Shown here piece after piece: positions 60,720-64,000 of a stretch of 64,000 nt of DNA. The stretch comes from Eukaryota sp. GEM-RC1 (Eukaryota), in contig JAUFOQ010000018.1 in NCBI GenBank assembly GCA_040285855.1, forward strand, positions 372,001 through 436,000, written 5' to 3'. A program made the translations under genes and the position numbers. Numbering within the stretch: position 1 is the stretch's first letter; every line of letters begins with the position of its first letter. A model generated the notes under the pieces. The model searched no databases and was not told the DNA's origin. It saw nothing but the letters and a program-made list of their open reading frames with translations.

Positions 60720-63700
60720 GTTTATTCGGCACCCAATAAGGTAACCTTTCTACAAACTATGAAATTGTAAAAACAAACAAATAATACTAAGATTAAATCC
60801 AAACGACTTCATCACCACCCGGTAAAAGATTACGTTTATCTACATGAACCTTCACACCAAACTTGTACAATTTCTCAATTAATCTAGAGAAATAGAAAGG
60901 CATATTCCGATATATGGAAAACACTATACGGTTTTTCCATTCAGCCATTCTAAACTTACGCTTCTTTTCTTTACACAATTCTTCGAAATCCTTGAAAAAT
61001 TGATCACCTGCAGGACTAATAGATCCAAAAAGAGAAACAGCAAAAGGTTGAAACCCAAATTTGGAATATGAGTTTCTATTTAATTCTTCTACTTGAGAGT
61101 CATACTTGGTGTGTTTGAGCTTTTCAGCTGCTGTTAATGGATTAAAAGAAGAATCTAATATCCTACTAACACAAGATTTGTTACATACATCTACTGTAGT
61201 AAAATCCATTAATGCTTGACTCGATTTAAGCCACGGAGTATGTAGATCCCCTCGTTTTTGATCAGTAAATTCATTTTCTGAAAGATGATTCAAAACTGGT
61301 TCAACTTTAGAGTGAAAACCATGTGCTTTAAACATGGAATAACAAGAATCACGTACACCATCATGAATTACTGCACGGAGATGAATAAAATAACGACAAT
61401 TAATTAAATGACGAAAAACACCATTAGCTCCACAAGAGCACGTTGAATAGTTTAATAAATTTGCAGGCCAAATAGCCAAACGAAGACGCATATTGATCAT
61501 CCAAGCTTCATCAGATAGATGTAATCCATACACCTTTGGAATTTGAGAAATAAATCCAGAAGGTCCACTATTACAAAGATCGATTAAAAAAGCAGCGAAC
61601 TCGGGACTATTAGTTTTAGCCAAGCTAATACGATTATTAAAGTCCAAGAGTTCAAACTCCTTGTCAATTTATTTTGCAGCTTACATACAGCAGATGGTAG
61701 AGATGAAATATTTTTAAAGGAGTCTCCTTCAAATGAGCAGGGAACAAAGATTCCCACATTTCAGGAGACAAAGATGATAACAAATCTTTAGCAGATTGAA
61801 TCCAACGGCAATTACTGGAATTCAACAGATTGATTCCATCCAAGGGAAACCGTTTCAAAAATTCAAACATAAAATTCTTAACACCTCCTAAAAGAGCAGA
61901 TTTTCTAATGATTTTTGCATGGGTGAAACCTACTCCTGCGAATTCAGAAGAATAAAAAGCATGAAATGGAATCTTAGACTCATCAATTTCAGCCAAGTTA
62001 GAGAGAAAATTTGTTCTAATAGAATTAAATTTCTTGGCAAATGTTTCAGTAAGGGAATAGTCTAATCAACGTAAAAAATGATTAATTTTCCCGGAAAAAC
62101 AGACCTGAAGCATAGCAAAGGAAACATGTTTGCTCACATCTAAAGATAATATTTGATTTAGTTTTTCTTCAATTGTAGTTAATGAACTCTCCAATTCTGA
62201 ATGAATTTTCTCATAATTTCCCAAAAACGTGCCAAGGAAACGAAAACATTGAGTAGAATAATCGATGATAGGAATATTACAAAAACCAAGATTAGAAACA
62301 TTCGAAGACTTAACAACAAGAAAACACTTATCAAAATTGATTGTTAAACCAATACTCAAAGAAAGTTCGATGAAACGTGAAAAACACTTTTTGAGAACGT
62401 CAACTGGAGCGATCAGCGAAGAATCATCAGCATAAGCACAAATTTTAACAGTTGGAAATTCTAATTGTAAGATTTTAAATAATTTTTGCAGAGCGAGACA
62501 AAACAAAAAAGGACCCAAAGGATCACCTTGCTTAACCCCTCTAGTTGATTTAATATCAAACTTGTCATAAATTAAATTCGACGCTTTACCATAAAAAAAT
62601 ATTAAAATAGGGAATCAACTGAGGAAAAAATTTAGAAAGTTCGTCAGATATAGTTGATCTTAAAACACAATTAAATGCATTTTTAAAATCAATGTTCAAA
62701 ATGGCATTTTCCTCATTTGAATGAAAAAGAAAATCAGAGGTTAAAGCAGCACACGTAGTACCATCAGGAACTCCAACTGCAAATTGAAACGGTCTAAAGA
62801 ATTCAACAGAGGAATCTCTGACTCTCCTAAAGCACAAAGTTGAAAAAATACGAGAAATTGTTTCACCCACTGCAATTGGTCTCACACCTCCATTTGGTTT
62901 GCTTAAAGCCACTAATCTAGAAGAGCAAAGAGCATGAGGTAATTTCTTTGTGCCTAATAAAACTTCATTAAAGAAAACAGCAAGATCTTCACAAATTTCA
63001 GGAACAGCATCAACGGCAATTTTAAAATGATCAAAACTCATTCCAGAAGGACCAGCAGCACGACCAGAAGGGGATGACGAAATTAATTGTAAAATTTCAT
63101 CAACTAAAACCGGTTTGTTAGTCCAGTACGACATGGAAAGTTCACCAAAAACCGGATTGCCTGAAAATTCTTCAACAGGGTGTAATTTTTTCAGTTTTTC
63201 AACAGTTTCAACAGAAACTTCAGCTGGAAGTGTGTGATTAAGGGAGGACAAAGCAGAAGAAAACTGACCTCGTAAAACAAGATTTTGAAATCTTTTAGCA
63301 ATAAACTTATCACTAACTTGAGACTTAAGAACAGGTTTAATTTTTCTATTGGACTTCTTAACAATTGACAACATATATCGCCAAAAGGTGCGGGATTCCA
63401 AATTCCACCACGTAAAATTTGTGTCACACTTCTAAGAGCAGTCCCGACATTAACGGCCGCCATTGGAGATATCATGATAGGAATTCTAAATTGTGGACGA
63501 CATACATCAATAGGTGAACAATCAAAACACACAAGAAGTGGACGATTGGATTTATTTTTCCCAGAAACAGATTTAGCACAAAAAAGACAGGTCAATGAAA
63601 TTGATGAATTAATTTTAGGCTCACAAACAGTCTCTTGGAAATCAAGAACAGACTGTTTAGACTCAACAGACAAAACAACTTCGGCAATCTTGGCATCATC

Positions 63701-64000
63701 TGAAGCAGACTTCCTAGTAGGGCAATTACGTCGATCATGACCACCCAGTTTGCACACACCACACTTTCTACTAGACTCATGCATCGATTCAGCAACAACT
63801 GGCCGAGAAATACAAGTATTATCTGACGATGTAAGACCAACCAAAGGAATACAAGCAGAAAAATTCGGAGCAATTGCCTCATTCAAAACATTCTGAACTA
63901 ATGGACTTATAGAAGAGGAAGATTTAACAGAAAAAATAGCTGTACTTCCATCAAAAACAGAAGATACAACCTTAGAAGGAGGAGAAATAGAACGAAGAGA
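60720..64000 (-). mobile_element. CRE-clade non-LTR retrotransposon (RT plus restriction-like endonuclease), 5' end beyond window
   Basis: Zn knuckle CGVCKLGGHDRRNCP; RT motifs AAGPSG, KPNGGVRPIAVGE, IDFKNAFN, GVKQGDPLGP and YADD; CSC..H...C, RGDL..D and AEKLKHTKY; several frameshifts. Confidence 0.92.

Overview
AT-rich, gene-dense genomic DNA from a flagellated unicellular eukaryote: it has an NPHP4-like gene, 26-30 nt spliceosomal introns and 36-56 nt divergent intergenic gaps. A metamonad-like protist is plausible but this is inference. Recognisable host genes are a RhoGAP, a GtrA-like protein, CNOT11, a small D-box protein, SAC1, a Qc-SNARE, a BTB/KCTD protein, an LRR protein, a flavin reductase, NPHP4, a 2TM-domain protein, CMTR1, ASF1 and NUP54. 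Many carry single-base frameshifts at homopolymers, best read as long-read consensus errors. Mobile DNA is abundant: many CRE-clade non-LTR fragments, a degenerate chromovirus with ~77-bp LTRs, a gag-only LTR element nested in a hAT-type element, an intact hAT transposon and several MITEs with verified TSDs. The main result is two Fanzor (eukaryotic TnpB-family RNA-guided nuclease) loci. One (31963-33899, +) keeps all three RuvC catalytic residues and is followed by a strongly structured ~290-nt region that is a candidate omegaRNA. The other (~15783-18078, -) is decayed, with RuvC E->Q and D->N changes. A second notable signal is that two unrelated LTR families carry the same palindrome (CAATAATTATTG) where a tRNA primer-binding site would be expected.
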